The notes under the pieces are model-generated. The model was not told the DNA's origin. It saw nothing but the letters and a program-made list of their open reading frames with translations, and ran no database searches. This document shows, in pieces, positions 6,851 to 16,298 of a stretch of 64,000 nucleotides of DNA. Positions within the stretch are counted from its first letter, which is position 1; every line of letters starts with the position of its first letter. Position numbers and translations under genes: made by a program. The stretch spans positions 29,562 through 93,561 of the IMG/VR virus record IMGVR_UViG_3300019776_000165; one strand, given 5' to 3'. The DNA comes from a virus.

Positions 6851-7399
6851 ATGGCAAAGGAAGTAGTAATCCGCAATTGGCGTATGCCTCTTGACGGCAA
6901 GTTCAAGTATGGCCCTCTGTTTGGCGTCAAGGACTCTTGGCACCCAAATGGTCACCGTGGCACCGACTACAACGGCTTTAAGGCTGGAGAGCCACTGCTT
7001 GCAGTTGCTGACGGCACTATTGCCCTAGTTAAGTTCAGCAAGGTTCTTGGCAACATTGTTGTACTTCAGGTTGGTGGCAAGTTCTTTGGTTACTGTCACA
7101 TGCAGAAGCCTTCGAAGTTGAAGGTAGGAGCCAAGGTCAAGTCTGGTGACGTAGTTGGTTACGCAGGAACAACTGGTTCTGCCTCAAGCGGTGTTCACCT
7201 TCATTTCACTCTTGGCGAGGATGTAAACGCAGTAATCGGCGGTAAGGTATACGACGCCGACGCCTTCCTCAAGAAGAAGATTGCCGAAGAAAAGGCACTC
7301 AAGAAGGAGACTGCTCTGCCAGTAGTTTCTGAGCCAGTAGCCCCGAAGGCAGTAGAACCAAAAAACACATGCCCACATTGCAACAAGGAGATTCAGTAA
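6851..7399 (+). CDS. M23 peptidase, probable endolysin
   Basis: HRGTD, YCHM, GTTGSASSGVHLHF. Confidence 0.88.
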   Translation: MAKEVVIRNWRMPLDGKFKYGPLFGVKDSWHPNGHRGTDYNGFKAGEPLLAVADGTIALVKFSKVLGNIVVLQVGGKFFGYCHMQKPSKLKVGAKVKSGDVVGYAGTTGSASSGVHLHFTLGEDVNAVIGGKVYDADAFLKKKIAEEKALKKETALPVVSEPVAPKAVEPKNTCPHCNKEIQ

Positions 7400-7743
7400 T
7401 GAAGAAACTAAAGAACCTACTACTACGCTCACTGGGCGTAATCCTATTTTCGTTTATTCCAGGTATGGCTGTTGGTGCTCCAACAGTTGGTTGGCTACTA
7501 GGTGGAATCACTGGTGTGCTAACTGTTTTCTCGTCCATTGTTATCTACTTTGGCGTACAATTGGCCTGGGACGCCCACATTTCAGATGAAGACATCGAAA
7601 AGGGTTTTCGTGCAGCCGTTGCAAAGCAGGCAAGCGAAAGCAAGGAAGTAGCCGAAGCCGTAAAGACTTCTGCTACTGATTCTGCAGACCTAGATGAATT
7701 TGGCGACCTATCCGACTTAGCAGACGACGACGAAGAAGTATAA
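7399..7743 (+). CDS. Putative holin
   Basis: Two or three TM segments, acidic tail, coupled to the endolysin. Confidence 0.65.
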   Translation: MKKLKNLLLRSLGVILFSFIPGMAVGAPTVGWLLGGITGVLTVFSSIVIYFGVQLAWDAHISDEDIEKGFRAAVAKQASESKEVAEAVKTSATDSADLDEFGDLSDLADDDEEV

Positions 7744-7932
7744 ATGATTGAAAGAAAGCCTCTGGCACCAAACAACCGTTCAGTATCTAAACTGAAGCAG
7801 GAGTTTGCTGTGTCAGAGGTTTTTCACATCAGGTACCCAAAGAATGGCGAGCGCCAGTCCGTGTTCAGTTACGCTAGGGCAGGTCGTCAAAATTCAGAGG
7901 GATTTGGTGGAGGACGCTTAATAGGTAAGTAG
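7744..7932 (+). CDS. Small hypothetical protein
   Basis: Abuts holin stop. Confidence 0.5.
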   Translation: MIERKPLAPNNRSVSKLKQEFAVSEVFHIRYPKNGERQSVFSYARAGRQNSEGFGGGRLIGK

Positions 7933-8074
7933 CCCACCCTGCAATGGTGGCAGTCCACCCAAACACCCTGAGATTGCGGGCAAGTTTATCTTTCGAGCCT
8001 TGGGCCAGCCAAGATAAAAACAACATAAAAAGAGTGCTGAGCACTAAAAACGCTGCTATTAAAGTTTTGAACAT
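7874..8074 (-). CDS. Small two-TM protein, probably leaderless
   Basis: TGgTATGCT -10 six nt before ATG 8074; MFKTLIAAFLVLSTLFMLFLSWL... Confidence 0.55.
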   Translation of the reverse strand: MFKTLIAAFLVLSTLFMLFLSWLAQGSKDKLARNLRVFGWTATIAGWATYLLSVLHQIPLNFDDLP

Positions 8075-8155
8075 GGCAAGAGCATACCATGCGAAACCTG
8101 CTATGTATACGAGACACTTGTATAAGTAAAGGCAAAGCACTATAAGGAGCCCTAC

Positions 8156-8539
8156 GTGGACTGGATGATTGTTCAAACGACTGCTGTGATTGTAAGCATA
8201 GTCGTTGGAGGTTTGACCATTCTAGGTTTCCTGTTGAGCGTTTGGCGCAAGATTAGTCTTTGGAGTCAAAACTGGGACCTCTTTATGGAGGATTGGCGTG
8301 GGGCAGAGGAGCGTGCTGGAAGAGACGCTGTGCCTGGTGTTATGGAGCGTCTAAACCGTATTGACGGAGAACTCAAGCACAATAGCGGTTCCAGTATGAA
8401 GGATGCGTTGAAGCGCATTGAAGCCAAAGTAGACCGCTTAGACGAGCGGATTGAAAAGGGCGATAAAAGGTTTAAAGACGGGGAACTGCGCTTTGAGGCT
8501 ATTGAACTTGAAGTGAAGAAGATAAAGGAAAAGAACTAA
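8156..8539 (+). CDS. Membrane-anchored coiled-coil protein
   Basis: SD AAGGAG, N-terminal TM, NSGSSMKD segment. Confidence 0.75.
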   Translation: MDWMIVQTTAVIVSIVVGGLTILGFLLSVWRKISLWSQNWDLFMEDWRGAEERAGRDAVPGVMERLNRIDGELKHNSGSSMKDALKRIEAKVDRLDERIEKGDKRFKDGELRFEAIELEVKKIKEKN

Positions 8540-9162
8540 TGCCAGGACGCAGTTATCTGCCCACTCAGGGCGTAAGCATGATGCAGTTCCAGCCCTACAA
8601 CCTAGGTAAAAAGGTTGGTGAGGGCATTAAGAAGGGCGTTACCCTAGGTGCCGAGTATGGCAAGGCTGTGTCCACTGAAAAGGCTGCTGCAGCCCGTAAG
8701 TTGGCTAAGCAGAAGATTGCTGAAAAGAAAGCACTTCCTACTAAAACTCAAATCTCCTTTGGCCCTACTCTTCCTGTTAGTCCTGGAAAAATGCCTGCTC
8801 CAGTTAACCGTGGTAAAGATGCAGGTAAGTTTGAATCCAACCCAGCCTATGGTAAGTGGAAGGGCGATGCCCGCAAGTTTAACTCTGGCATGTCTATGCA
8901 GCGTGTAGTTCAGGGCCACTCCGCTGACTTGGGAGATTCTGCTACAAAGATTCCTGGAAAGACTCCTCCTCCAAAACTAAGCAGGAGCAAAGCAAGTCAG
9001 ACTAAGGCTATGAACGAGGCTCAGCGTATTGAGGGCGTAAGAAACACCAACATTCAGGCAAACCAGCAGCGTCAGGCATTTCAACAGAAGTGGCACCACC
9101 GTTCTGGTGGGGCTGCTCCATCAGGCCTTGCATCGGATTCGGCCAGAATCCATCACCTATAG
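8539..9162 (+). CDS. Basic low-complexity hypothetical protein
   Basis: TAATG coupling; K/A/P rich. Confidence 0.7.
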   Translation: MPGRSYLPTQGVSMMQFQPYNLGKKVGEGIKKGVTLGAEYGKAVSTEKAAAARKLAKQKIAEKKALPTKTQISFGPTLPVSPGKMPAPVNRGKDAGKFESNPAYGKWKGDARKFNSGMSMQRVVQGHSADLGDSATKIPGKTPPPKLSRSKASQTKAMNEAQRIEGVRNTNIQANQQRQAFQQKWHHRSGGAAPSGLASDSARIHHL

Positions 9163-9223
9163 ATTTAGCATTACAAATCTGCCTTTTTAAGGCAGTCTGT
9201 TATTAAGGTTTAAGGAGTTAACC

Positions 9224-9475
9224 ATGGCGAAATGCGCTAACTGTGTATCGGAATCACTATACGTGTACCAAATTACTGCTGGCTACTCGATTGAGTACTG
9301 TCAGCGACACTTGCCTAAATCGCTTTACTCGCTGCGTAACAGTGGCGGCTTGTCAAAGCCAAAGGTGGAAGTTGCTGCCCCTGTGGTCGAGGCTCCTGTA
9401 AAGAAGGCTAAGAAGACCGTAGTAGAAGAGCCTGTAGTAGAGACCCCAGTGGTAGAGGACGATGCCACTAGTTAG
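9224..9475 (+). CDS. Zinc-finger hypothetical protein
   Basis: CANC...YCQRH; SD AAGGAG. Confidence 0.7.
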   Translation: MAKCANCVSESLYVYQITAGYSIEYCQRHLPKSLYSLRNSGGLSKPKVEVAAPVVEAPVKKAKKTVVEEPVVETPVVEDDATS

Positions 9476-9698
9476 AAAGTTTGCGGTTCAAGGTCACGCT
9501 GTACCTCATGGGTACACTAGGCCCCTAGGACCGTTTCCACCAGAGGTGCTGGCTCAGCCTAGGGTGGTTTATGAACATGAGCACCAGGACTCCTTACACG
9601 AAGCACTAGACGATGTCCGTATGTTCCGATGCAGGGATTGCGGAAACATCTTGTACGAAGATGAACTTATTATGCACGTGTGTGAGGAAGAAGAATAA
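9462..9698 (+). CDS. Zinc-finger hypothetical protein
   Basis: FRCRDC...HVC. Confidence 0.7.
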   Translation: MPLVRKFAVQGHAVPHGYTRPLGPFPPEVLAQPRVVYEHEHQDSLHEALDDVRMFRCRDCGNILYEDELIMHVCEEEE

Positions 9699-10099
9699 TG
9701 ACCAATCCAGTTGATGACCTAGGAAACGTACGTGTCGACTTTGCATGGGGTAACCTCCCTTTGCAGCCAGACGACCAGCGTGGCGAAGACATCCTAGACC
9801 CAGAACTAGACAACCACATCATTGCTACCTCTGGTTACCAGGGTTTCCCTGCGTTTATCACTGGTGGCGTATTTGATGACACTATCGCAAACGCCGTAGT
9901 TCCTAACCTAGTTGGGCTGAACCTTATTGGTGTAGGCAACGCCCTTACTGCTGCGGGCCTAGTTGGTAGCAACACCAACTCTAGTGTTGGCGCTACTGCT
10001 GAGAACAACGGCCTAGTGAAGAGCCAGGCGACTGCTGCTGGAACCACTGTAAACGTAGGCACCACTATTAACTACGTTACTTACCTGTACACAGCGTAA
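9698..10099 (+). CDS. PASTA-domain protein (paralog 1)
   Basis: VVPNLVGL...ALTAAGL...VKSQATAAGTTVNVGTTINY. Confidence 0.75.
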   Translation: MTNPVDDLGNVRVDFAWGNLPLQPDDQRGEDILDPELDNHIIATSGYQGFPAFITGGVFDDTIANAVVPNLVGLNLIGVGNALTAAGLVGSNTNSSVGATAENNGLVKSQATAAGTTVNVGTTINYVTYLYTA

Positions 10100-10154
10100 G
10101 AATTTCCCCAGTGCACGGGGATTAGCAACAAAACACTCTAGAGAAAGAAAAACT

Positions 10155-10787
10155 ATGACATACCCAACAGATGACGCAGGCAACGTACAGGTTGACTTCG
10201 TTTGGGGAAACTTTCCCCTACAACCAAACCAGGACCGTGGCCTAAACACCCTAGACTACAGCCTAGACAACCACGTAATCGCTGACATTGGCTGGTCTAA
10301 CTATCCTTCATTTATTCCTAACTACGCAGGTGACGAAGACGCTGACCTTGAGGTTGTAGTTCCAACCCTTCGTGGCCTTGCCAGAGTAGCCGCTCAGACA
10401 GCCCTTACAGACCTAGGCCTAGTACCTGATGTACAGTATTACCCAAACTTCGGTGAAATCACCAATGTTGTAAGTTCTGGTAAGACTATTACTATTACTA
10501 CATCTACTGCTTGGGGCGATGACCTTCGTCCTGGTGATGTGGTCAGCGTTTACTACAACGACGGAGACGCAATCAGCGGTACTTGGTCAAACGTTAAGTT
10601 GCTGACAATTGATGGCTACACCATTACCTTCAAGGTGGCAACAGCCCCATCGCCTGCCCTTGACTTTGCAACTACTAACAGTTACATGTTCAACAATGAC
10701 AACAACGTAGTTTACGCAGACCCTGTTGCGGGAACCATTGTCAACGCTGGTAGCACAGTAGTTCTATGGTGCATGAGTGGTGACTAA
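10155..10787 (+). CDS. PASTA-domain protein (paralog 2) with inserted beta domain
   Basis: Same N-terminal DDxGNVxVDFxWGNxPLQP; VVPTLRGL...ALTDLGL [insert] PVAGTIVNAGSTVVL. Confidence 0.72.
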   Translation: MTYPTDDAGNVQVDFVWGNFPLQPNQDRGLNTLDYSLDNHVIADIGWSNYPSFIPNYAGDEDADLEVVVPTLRGLARVAAQTALTDLGLVPDVQYYPNFGEITNVVSSGKTITITTSTAWGDDLRPGDVVSVYYNDGDAISGTWSNVKLLTIDGYTITFKVATAPSPALDFATTNSYMFNNDNNVVYADPVAGTIVNAGSTVVLWCMSGD

Positions 10788-10800
10788 TTAACCAAGTAAG

Positions 10801-10842
10801 TAAACCGTGCTGCCGATACACTGGTAGCACGGTTTATTTATT
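10801..10842 (+). terminator. Intrinsic terminator
   Basis: TAAACCGTGCTGCC/GGTAGCACGGTTTA plus T-rich tail. Confidence 0.75.
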
Positions 10843-10853
10843 TAAGGAGCAAA

Positions 10854-11690
10854 ATGGTAGACCCAATCATCCCTTCTGGAGGGAAGTACCCCTCGAAGGC
10901 TGAACTTCAACGTAAAAGTGACTTGGGCTTTATTTTTGAGGATGTCTACGGACTCTCCTACGACCGCCGTACTCGCACTGGTAAAACAGCGGGCGAAGTG
11001 TTTAACAGCGACGAAGCAGTCGCTACTGTGTGGGGCGACACTGAGTACCAAGGTGCAGGAGTATTTTACGCACCTGATAAGTATGGGTACGACACTAGAA
11101 CTGATGAAAACATCGGAGATAGGTCCACAGCGTTTGGTCCGCAATCTCTCGTAGATGTTCCGACATCTTCCACTAACTACTCTAGACCGAGAACGGTTGC
11201 TGCTGCTTGGAGTCCTAGTGAGAACGACCCTATGCTCGGCACCATGACCGTGGTGTTCCGTGATGGCACATTTTACAACTACTACAAGGTAACTCGTTCT
11301 GAGTGGATTGCGTTCCAGTCTTCGTACTCAAAGGGTCGACCATGGCTAAACCGACGCTCAACCAGCGGTAAGCCTGGAGCCCAGGCTGTAGATGGCTTGT
11401 TTATTGATAAAGAACGAGGGCCAGCAGACCCTGAGAGTGTCCCAGCCGCTATCCGTGAGCAGTTGTACCGTGTGGCTCGTACCCAGCAGATTGTGTCTAA
11501 TAGGTACATGCGCCCAGGTAAAAAGACTCACGACATGACTAGCGTATTTACAGGCGGCAAGTTGGGTGAAACTAAACGAGTTAAAGAGCCCCTTCAGCGG
11601 GCAGAGTACCGCAAACCTACCAGTACTCCTGGTAAAAACCCTCACAGACTTAATGGTACGAATCCTTATCACAAACGAAAAGCAAGTTAG
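10854..11690 (+). CDS. KTSC-domain protein
   Basis: MTVVFRDGTFYNYYKVTRSEWIAFQSSYSKGR. Confidence 0.7.
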   Translation: MVDPIIPSGGKYPSKAELQRKSDLGFIFEDVYGLSYDRRTRTGKTAGEVFNSDEAVATVWGDTEYQGAGVFYAPDKYGYDTRTDENIGDRSTAFGPQSLVDVPTSSTNYSRPRTVAAAWSPSENDPMLGTMTVVFRDGTFYNYYKVTRSEWIAFQSSYSKGRPWLNRRSTSGKPGAQAVDGLFIDKERGPADPESVPAAIREQLYRVARTQQIVSNRYMRPGKKTHDMTSVFTGGKLGETKRVKEPLQRAEYRKPTSTPGKNPHRLNGTNPYHKRKAS

Positions 11691-11693
11691 GCA

Positions 11694-12020
11694 ATGGCTA
11701 AGGTACACGACTACGGAAAACACAATCGGTTCTTTCAGTATTACAAGTTCTACCCAGCAAACTGGGGTTGGAAAATAGTAGTCAGGGGTTGGACTCAAGA
11801 GATTGAAGAGCCCTTTAGAACTGCTGAGCCACTTATAGTGAGACTTCCTTTTAAGAAGGCGTTAGTATTTGGGCAGTGGACTGGACAACTAGACGAGGAA
11901 CGAGCGCTCAGTAGAGCGGTTCAAGAACGGGTATTAAAAGATGAAGATTTTGACAAGGAAAAAGGGTGGACTCCAGCAGAGCAAGTTGGAGAAGAGGATT
12001 ACGAATATCTCTACACCTGA
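11694..12020 (+). CDS. Hypothetical protein
   Basis: ORF in operon context. Confidence 0.65.
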   Translation: MAKVHDYGKHNRFFQYYKFYPANWGWKIVVRGWTQEIEEPFRTAEPLIVRLPFKKALVFGQWTGQLDEERALSRAVQERVLKDEDFDKEKGWTPAEQVGEEDYEYLYT

Positions 12021-12177
12021 TTTGATTACGTGGGCTGAAAACGCCCTGTATGTCATTGGTAAAGAAGTAACCCATTCTGTTCGAAGCAGGGACAAGGCTC
12101 TCCTTGAAGAGGCCCTAATGGGCGCTGAGGCACTTACTGCCATTATCAAAGAACTTATGAAGAGGTCTGAGGTATGA
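11941..12177 (+). CDS. Small helical protein upstream of terminase
   Basis: ATGA-coupled to terminase. Confidence 0.6.
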   Translation: MKILTRKKGGLQQSKLEKRITNISTPDLITWAENALYVIGKEVTHSVRSRDKALLEEALMGAEALTAIIKELMKRSEV

Positions 12178-13760
12178 CAGACGATTTTGAAGACAAATTT
12201 GAAGAGATTACTCCTGAGTCTTATCAGGAAGACACCGAAGCCGACAGTGTCGATTTCGAAGAAGATGTTGTAGATGAACTAACCCAAGGGTTTGTTGACC
12301 GTCTTGTAGACAAAATCATGAAGTTCATGGTGGTGCTGGTTGGCCACGACTTGCACGTTTACCAGAAGCCTTTGGCTCGACGAATGATTGAGTCTGTCAT
12401 CCTTGGAGACGGTGAAACTCTTACTGCTTTGGCTGCACGTCAGTCAGGTAAGTCTGAGACAGTAGCCGACACAGTAGCCACGCTAATGGTCCTACTGCCT
12501 CGTCTAGCCACCATGTACCCTGACTTGCTGGGAAAGTTTAAGAATGGTTTGTGGGTGGGCTTGTTCGCCCCTACTGAGGGTCAGGCTGAAACTTTGTTTG
12601 GGCGTACGGTTACTCGCCTAACTTCTGAGCGGGCCCGTGAAGTTCTGGGCGACCCTGAGATTGACGACCAGGCTGCTCGTATCGGTGGTGTAACTCGTAT
12701 GATTCGCTTGAAAAACTCAGGCTCCACCATCACAATGATGACCGCTAACCCACGAGCCAAGATTGAATCTAAATCATTCCATCTTGTGGTTATTGACGAG
12801 TGTCAAGAAGCGGATGACTTCACCGTTAACAAGTCAATCTCCCCGATGATGGCGTACTATGCGGGAACTATGGTTAAGACTGGAACTCCTACAACCTCCA
12901 AGAACAACTTCTACAACTCTATCCAGTTGAATAAGCGTAGGCAGACTGGCTCTAAGTCCCGTCAAAACCATTTCCAGTGGGACTGGCGAGATGTCGCCAA
13001 GGTAAACATGGACTACAGCAAGTTCATTAAAAAAGAAATGATGCGTATTGGTGAGGACTCTGACGAGTTCCAGATGTCGTACAACTGTAAGTGGCTTCTT
13101 GAGCGAGGCATGTTTGTTTCCTCAAACCTTATGGATGAACTCGGAGACACTTCTCAAGAACTTGTGAAGATGTGGCACCAGACACCTGTGGTTGTGGGCA
13201 TTGACCCTGCCCGTAAGATGGACTCCACAGTTGTAACCGTTGTGTGGGTGGACTGGGATAGGCCAGACGAGTTTGGATACTTTGAGCACAGAGTACTTAA
13301 CTGGCTTGAACTACAAGGTGACGACTGGGAAGAACAGTACTACCAGATTGTGAACTTCCTTGCTAACTACGATGTCCTTGCTGTTGGAGTTGATGCTAAC
13401 GGTGTAGGAGATGCGGTTGCTCAGCGTCTTAAGATTCTCTTGCCACGCTCCGAGGTAGTTCCGCTAACCTCCAGTCAGACAGAGCAGTCAGGTCGTTTCC
13501 AGCACCTTCAGGGCTTGATTCAGCGACGAATGTTGGGCTACCCAGCACACGCTAAGACTCGTCGTCTACGTATCTGGAAGCGTTTCTACCAGCAAATGAC
13601 TGACGTCGAGATTAAGTACAAGGGTAAGAACTTCATTGTTGCTGCCCCAGACGAGGCTTACGCTCACGATGACTTTGTGGACTCTTTGGCTATTGCTTGC
13701 TCCATGACTAAAGACTTGGTAATGCCAACTGTAGAAGTTTCTTCTAACTCGTTTTTTTAG
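12174..13760 (+). CDS. terL: Terminase large subunit
   Basis: Walker A ARQSGKS, Walker B VVIDE, TGTP, nuclease GIDPA and HDDFVDS. Confidence 0.95.
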   Translation: MTDDFEDKFEEITPESYQEDTEADSVDFEEDVVDELTQGFVDRLVDKIMKFMVVLVGHDLHVYQKPLARRMIESVILGDGETLTALAARQSGKSETVADTVATLMVLLPRLATMYPDLLGKFKNGLWVGLFAPTEGQAETLFGRTVTRLTSERAREVLGDPEIDDQAARIGGVTRMIRLKNSGSTITMMTANPRAKIESKSFHLVVIDECQEADDFTVNKSISPMMAYYAGTMVKTGTPTTSKNNFYNSIQLNKRRQTGSKSRQNHFQWDWRDVAKVNMDYSKFIKKEMMRIGEDSDEFQMSYNCKWLLERGMFVSSNLMDELGDTSQELVKMWHQTPVVVGIDPARKMDSTVVTVVWVDWDRPDEFGYFEHRVLNWLELQGDDWEEQYYQIVNFLANYDVLAVGVDANGVGDAVAQRLKILLPRSEVVPLTSSQTEQSGRFQHLQGLIQRRMLGYPAHAKTRRLRIWKRFYQQMTDVEIKYKGKNFIVAAPDEAYAHDDFVDSLAIACSMTKDLVMPTVEVSSNSFF

Positions 13761-13839
13761 CAACATAAATTTGCTTTAAACAGTCAAACTATTTAATGGA
13801 AATACTGCAGTTTTCCATTCCCACATTTAAGGAGTACCC

Positions 13840-14235
13840 ATGGGTATCGGACCTACCCCTCAGTTCCCTGAGCGTTCGCCTCAGGTTTACGAGCGCAAAC
13901 TGGCTGGCAACGTTGAGCGTCGTGGCCCTCTTCGCTTCGAAGAAGGCGTCGCAACTGACACTGACGTTCCTACCGACTTTGAGACTGGTATCATGAACGG
14001 CTTTGCAGCCGCTCCTGGCCGTCCAAACCGTAACGCACCAGTATGGCAGAAGTCTGCTGCTGAGACCCTAAGTGAGCGTGCTCACGTAGGTTCGGCAGCC
14101 TGGATTGAGGCACCAACCTTCCTCGGTGAGTTTGCTCACGGCTCGTTTACTCAGGCCGCTGAACAAATCGTAGAGGTCAAGGCTGTATCGGGTGCTCGCA
14201 CCCAGCGCCTCAACCCAACCGTAGTCAACGACTAA
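13840..14235 (+). CDS. Head-region hypothetical protein
   Basis: SD AAGGAG; strongly biased codon usage. Confidence 0.75.
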   Translation: MGIGPTPQFPERSPQVYERKLAGNVERRGPLRFEEGVATDTDVPTDFETGIMNGFAAAPGRPNRNAPVWQKSAAETLSERAHVGSAAWIEAPTFLGEFAHGSFTQAAEQIVEVKAVSGARTQRLNPTVVND

Positions 14236-14241
14236 TAACGT

Positions 14242-14290
14242 TTAGCAACCTATCCCCATCCAGTTCTACTAGGGTGGGGATGGGTGCTAA
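14242..14290 (+). terminator. Long GC-rich hairpin (terminator or stabiliser)
   Basis: ACCTATCCCCATCC/GGGTGGGGATGGGT. Confidence 0.6.
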
Positions 14291-14304
14291 CGTGAGGAGT
14301 AGAC

Positions 14305-14571
14305 ATGGCACAGGTGCCACTAAACAAAAAACTTTATGACATGGTCGTCTTTCAGGCCAAGCGTAAGTATAAGACTTACCCAAACCCAGGTGCTAGTCAC
14401 TGGGTACACAAGCGTTATGTCGAACTAGGCGGACGCTTTGAGGATACTAGCGAAGACACAAAACGCAAGAAGGTTGCTCGCCAAGTCTTTCAGAACAAGT
14501 TGAAAGAAAAGATGGCGTCTAAAAACCACGACGCTCGTTTATCTAAGGACAAGAAGCACGGAGATAAGTAA
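14305..14571 (+). CDS. Basic hypothetical protein
   Basis: SD GAGGAG; YPNPGASHWV...YVELGG. Confidence 0.7.
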   Translation: MAQVPLNKKLYDMVVFQAKRKYKTYPNPGASHWVHKRYVELGGRFEDTSEDTKRKKVARQVFQNKLKEKMASKNHDARLSKDKKHGDK

Positions 14572-16298
14572 TGTCTTTCATGGACTTCTCCCCTCCTTCT
14601 TATAGGGCGGCATCAAGCGACTTAACAATCAGTATTTCCCCTTTGGGCCTGGTTGAACTTGCTGATGAAGAGTTTGAGGTTCACGGTCCTCGTCTAAACC
14701 GTTACTCGCTCAACTGGGCTATGTACCTTGGTCACCACTGGGGTTACCGCCGTGAGCAGGGCGAAATGCAAATCTCGATGAACTATTACCGTTCATTCAT
14801 TGACTACATTGCCCGTTTTACTTTTGGTAACGGAGTTCACTTCCGTTCCCCTAAAGCCACTGAGGCTATCATTCCTGACCGCCTTGAGCGAGTTTGGGAA
14901 GTAGACAACGACAAGCAACGCATCCTTTTGGAGATGGCACAACTTGGCGGCATCACTGGTGACTGCTTTGTTAAGGTTGCTTACGAAGAGGCTTGGGAAG
15001 ACACCATCGGCCGTTTCCACCCAGGACGTGTCCGTATTCTTCCTTTGAACTCTGCCTTTGCTTTCCCTGAGTTCCACCCTCACGACCGTACTCGTTTGCT
15101 TCGTTTCAAGCAAAAGTACCGCTTCTGGGGTACATCCCTAGAAGGAACTCGTCAGGTGTTCACTTACACCGAGATTCTTACTGACGACATTATCGAAGAG
15201 TACATCAACGATGAACTAATCGACAGCCGTCCAAACCCACTGGGTCAAATTCCAGTGGTACACATTCCTAACATCCCAGTATCGGGTTCTCCATGGGGAC
15301 TGTCGGACGCTCACGACATCATCAGCATTAACCGTTCTTACAACGAAATTGCTACTGACGTTGCTGACATCATTAACTACCACGCTGCCCCAGTAACAAT
15401 TATTACTGGTGCTAAGGCTTCTAACCTTGAAAAGGGTGCTAAGAAGGTTTGGGGTGGTCTACCAAAGGACGCTCAGGTATTCAACCTTGAGGGCGGTGCT
15501 GCTGGTCTAAATGGAGCAATGCAGTACATGGAGATGCTGAAGCGTTCCATGCACGAAATCATGAACGTACCAGAGACTGCTCTTGGTCAGGTTCAGCCAA
15601 TCTCTAACACCTCTGGTGTAGCCCTTTCAATTCAGTTCCAGCCTCTTATGAACCGTTGGAGCCAGAAGGTTTCCCAGTACGGTAAGGGTCTAGAGCGCAT
15701 CAACGAGTTGGTCATCCTTAACCTTGCGGTTAAAGAGCCAGAGACTCTGATTTACAACCCAGACACTGATGGTCCAATCAAGGAAGGTCAACTTACCCAA
15801 CTTGACCCTAATGACCCTCTTACCTACATTACGTTCACACACTTCCCTCCACCACTTCCTCTAGACAAGTTGGTGCTTCTCAACGAGTTGCAGCAGAAGA
15901 TGTCTATGGGACTTGAGTCCAAGGAAGGCGCTTTGCGTCAACTTGGCGAAGAGTTCCCAGAGGAGAAGTTGGAAGAGATTCGTTCAGAACTTATTAGCGA
16001 CGCTGAAGCCGAAGGTGCTCTCAACCTAGTTAAGGTCCAAATCCAAAAGCAGATTATGGACATGACTGGAATGATGGCTGGCCCTGACGGCAGTGCCACT
16101 CCTATGGACCCAATGATGATGGGTGACGGAGACATCCTTGGTGATGGCATTTTGGGTGACCCACAGCAGACCGCTAATGACCCAAACCTAAACACTAACC
16201 CAGTCGAACTGCAGGGTGAAGCCGAGATTAGGAACAACCTAGTCACAAAGGCTTATGGAACTAAACTCTCCCAGCGCAGTGCGATTGACAGGGATTAA
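14571..16298 (+). CDS. Portal protein (SPP1 gp6-like)
   Basis: Position, size, IPVVHIPN...GLSD, SGVAL motifs. Confidence 0.9.
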   Translation: MSFMDFSPPSYRAASSDLTISISPLGLVELADEEFEVHGPRLNRYSLNWAMYLGHHWGYRREQGEMQISMNYYRSFIDYIARFTFGNGVHFRSPKATEAIIPDRLERVWEVDNDKQRILLEMAQLGGITGDCFVKVAYEEAWEDTIGRFHPGRVRILPLNSAFAFPEFHPHDRTRLLRFKQKYRFWGTSLEGTRQVFTYTEILTDDIIEEYINDELIDSRPNPLGQIPVVHIPNIPVSGSPWGLSDAHDIISINRSYNEIATDVADIINYHAAPVTIITGAKASNLEKGAKKVWGGLPKDAQVFNLEGGAAGLNGAMQYMEMLKRSMHEIMNVPETALGQVQPISNTSGVALSIQFQPLMNRWSQKVSQYGKGLERINELVILNLAVKEPETLIYNPDTDGPIKEGQLTQLDPNDPLTYITFTHFPPPLPLDKLVLLNELQQKMSMGLESKEGALRQLGEEFPEEKLEEIRSELISDAEAEGALNLVKVQIQKQIMDMTGMMAGPDGSATPMDPMMMGDGDILGDGILGDPQQTANDPNLNTNPVELQGEAEIRNNLVTKAYGTKLSQRSAIDRD

